A stretch of 64,000 bases of DNA from an uncultured Gammaproteobacteria bacterium (GTDB lineage Bacteria > Pseudomonadota > Gammaproteobacteria > UBA4575), in NCBI GenBank assembly GCA_943789445.1, contig CALSUC010000002.1, positions 460,256 through 524,255 of the forward strand, given 5' to 3'. Positions 62,813-64,000 of this stretch are shown in pieces. Numbering within the stretch: the stretch's first letter is position 1; every line of letters begins with the position of its first letter. The translations under genes were made by a program, and so were the position numbers. The notes under the pieces were generated by a model that saw nothing but the letters and a program-made list of their open reading frames with translations, ran no database searches and had not been told where the DNA came from.

Positions 62813-64000
62813 ATGTTAGCAAAAGAATTAGAAAAAACACTGAATAATGCGTTTAAACGAGCGCGCGAGAAACGTCATGAATTTATGACGGTAGAGCATT
62901 TGTTGCTGGCACTGCTGGATAATGATTCAGCTTTAGATGTGTTGCGTGCCTGTGGCGCTAAGATAGATGCATTAAGTCAGCAGCTCGATGTCTTTATCGA
63001 AGATAACACGCCGTTATTAGATGAAGATGAAGATCGTGATACCTCACCGACACTAGGTTTTCAACGTGTATTGCAGCGTGCAGTATTTCACGTGCAATCT
63101 GCTGGAAATAAGGAAGTGACAGGAGCGAATGTCTTGGTTGCCATATTTGGTGAGCAAGAAAGTCAGGCTGTTTTTCTATTGAGTCAGAATGATGTTGTGC
63201 GGCTAGACGTGCTGAACTACATCTCACATGGTATTTCGAACATGACTGATGATGCACAAGAAGGTGTATCACAGGACGGTGGTGAGCAACAGCAGGCCGA
63301 AGGTGAGGCTGAGTTATCACCACTAGAACAGTTTGCGACTAACCTTAATAAGCGCGCCAAAGAAGGCAAGATAGACCCTTTAATCGGGCGTCAATATGAG
63401 CTTGAAAGAGCCATACAAATTCTTTGCCGACGACGTAAGAATAACCCACTGTTAGTGGGTGAGGCCGGTGTCGGTAAGACCGCTATTGCTGAAGGCTTGG
63501 CGCGTAAGATTGTCGACAAAGAGATTCCAGAAGTGCTGCAAGACAGCACGATTTACTCACTCGATTTGGGCGCCTTGGTTGCAGGGACTAAATACCGTGG
63601 TGATTTTGAGAAGCGTTTAAAAGGTGTTTTAAAGCAGCTTGCAGATGAGCCGAGTGCAGTACTCTTTATCGATGAAATTCATACGATCATCGGTGCGGGT
63701 GCAGCATCGGGTGGTGTTATGGATGCCTCAAACCTGATTAAGCCAGCGTTGTCCTCATCTGAGTTGAAATGCATGGGTTCAACAACCTATCAAGAATATC
63801 GCGGTATCTTCGAGAAAGATAAGGCCTTAGCGCGTCGTTTCCAAAAGATTGAAGTGGCTGAGCCTAGTGTGAATGAGACCTTTAGTATCCTGAAAGGTCT
63901 GCGTAGCCAGTATGAAGAACATCACCAGGTTAAATATACCGATAAGGCGTTGAAGTCTGCGGCAGAGTTATCGGCACGTTATATCTCTGATCGTTTCTTG
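62813..64000 (+). CDS. clpA: ATP-dependent Clp protease ATPase ClpA, 3'-truncated by window edge (absent from ORF track)
   Basis: Hand-translated MLAKELE...RHEFMTVEHLL, PTLGFQRVLQRA, RRRKNNPLLVGEAGVGKT, GTKYRGDFEKR, FIDEIH. Confidence 0.97.
   Translation, partial: MLAKELEKTLNNAFKRAREKRHEFMTVEHLLLALLDNDSALDVLRACGAKIDALSQQLDVFIEDNTPLLDEDEDRDTSPTLGFQRVLQRAVFHVQSAGNKEVTGANVLVAIFGEQESQAVFLLSQNDVVRLDVLNYISHGISNMTDDAQEGVSQDGGEQQQAEGEAELSPLEQFATNLNKRAKEGKIDPLIGRQYELERAIQILCRRRKNNPLLVGEAGVGKTAIAEGLARKIVDKEIPEVLQDSTIYSLDLGALVAGTKYRGDFEKRLKGVLKQLADEPSAVLFIDEIHTIIGAGAASGGVMDASNLIKPALSSSELKCMGSTTYQEYRGIFEKDKALARRFQKIEVAEPSVNETFSILKGLRSQYEEHHQVKYTDKALKSAAELSARYISDRFL

Overview
Chromosomal window from a Gammaproteobacterium, probably marine (inferred from gene content and the nudJ-mnmA-hflD and clpS-clpA synteny). 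I saw no rRNA, tRNA, CRISPR array, IS element or prophage. Left to right: (1) an LptG-like permease, a metallophosphoesterase and a CDP-alcohol transferase / lipid kinase / Tam41-like operon resembling the Caulobacter cpgABC anionic-sphingolipid genes; (2) a complete urtABCDE-ureDABCEFG urea operon with a sigma-54 promoter, two NtrC boxes and an unannotated 55-aa His-containing membrane peptide coupled to ureD; (3) a redox patch with a MerR regulator, 2Fe-2S ferredoxin, unannotated DUF2892 gene, GlcG and an unannotated, decayed Tat-type msrB; (4) housekeeping genes (MetX-family acyltransferase of the serine-acylating type, gltA, Moco genes, prc); (5) a tight vWA / J-domain / CbbO-NorD-like / aminotransferase operon with no AAA+ partner in the window; (6) a GldAFG-DUF4340 ABC system; (7) purB, fumC, an AT-rich DUF6680 + frameshifted mrr islet, acnA, hflD, mnmA, nudJ, clpS and the 5' part of clpA. 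All family assignments come from motif recognition by eye; no database search was run.
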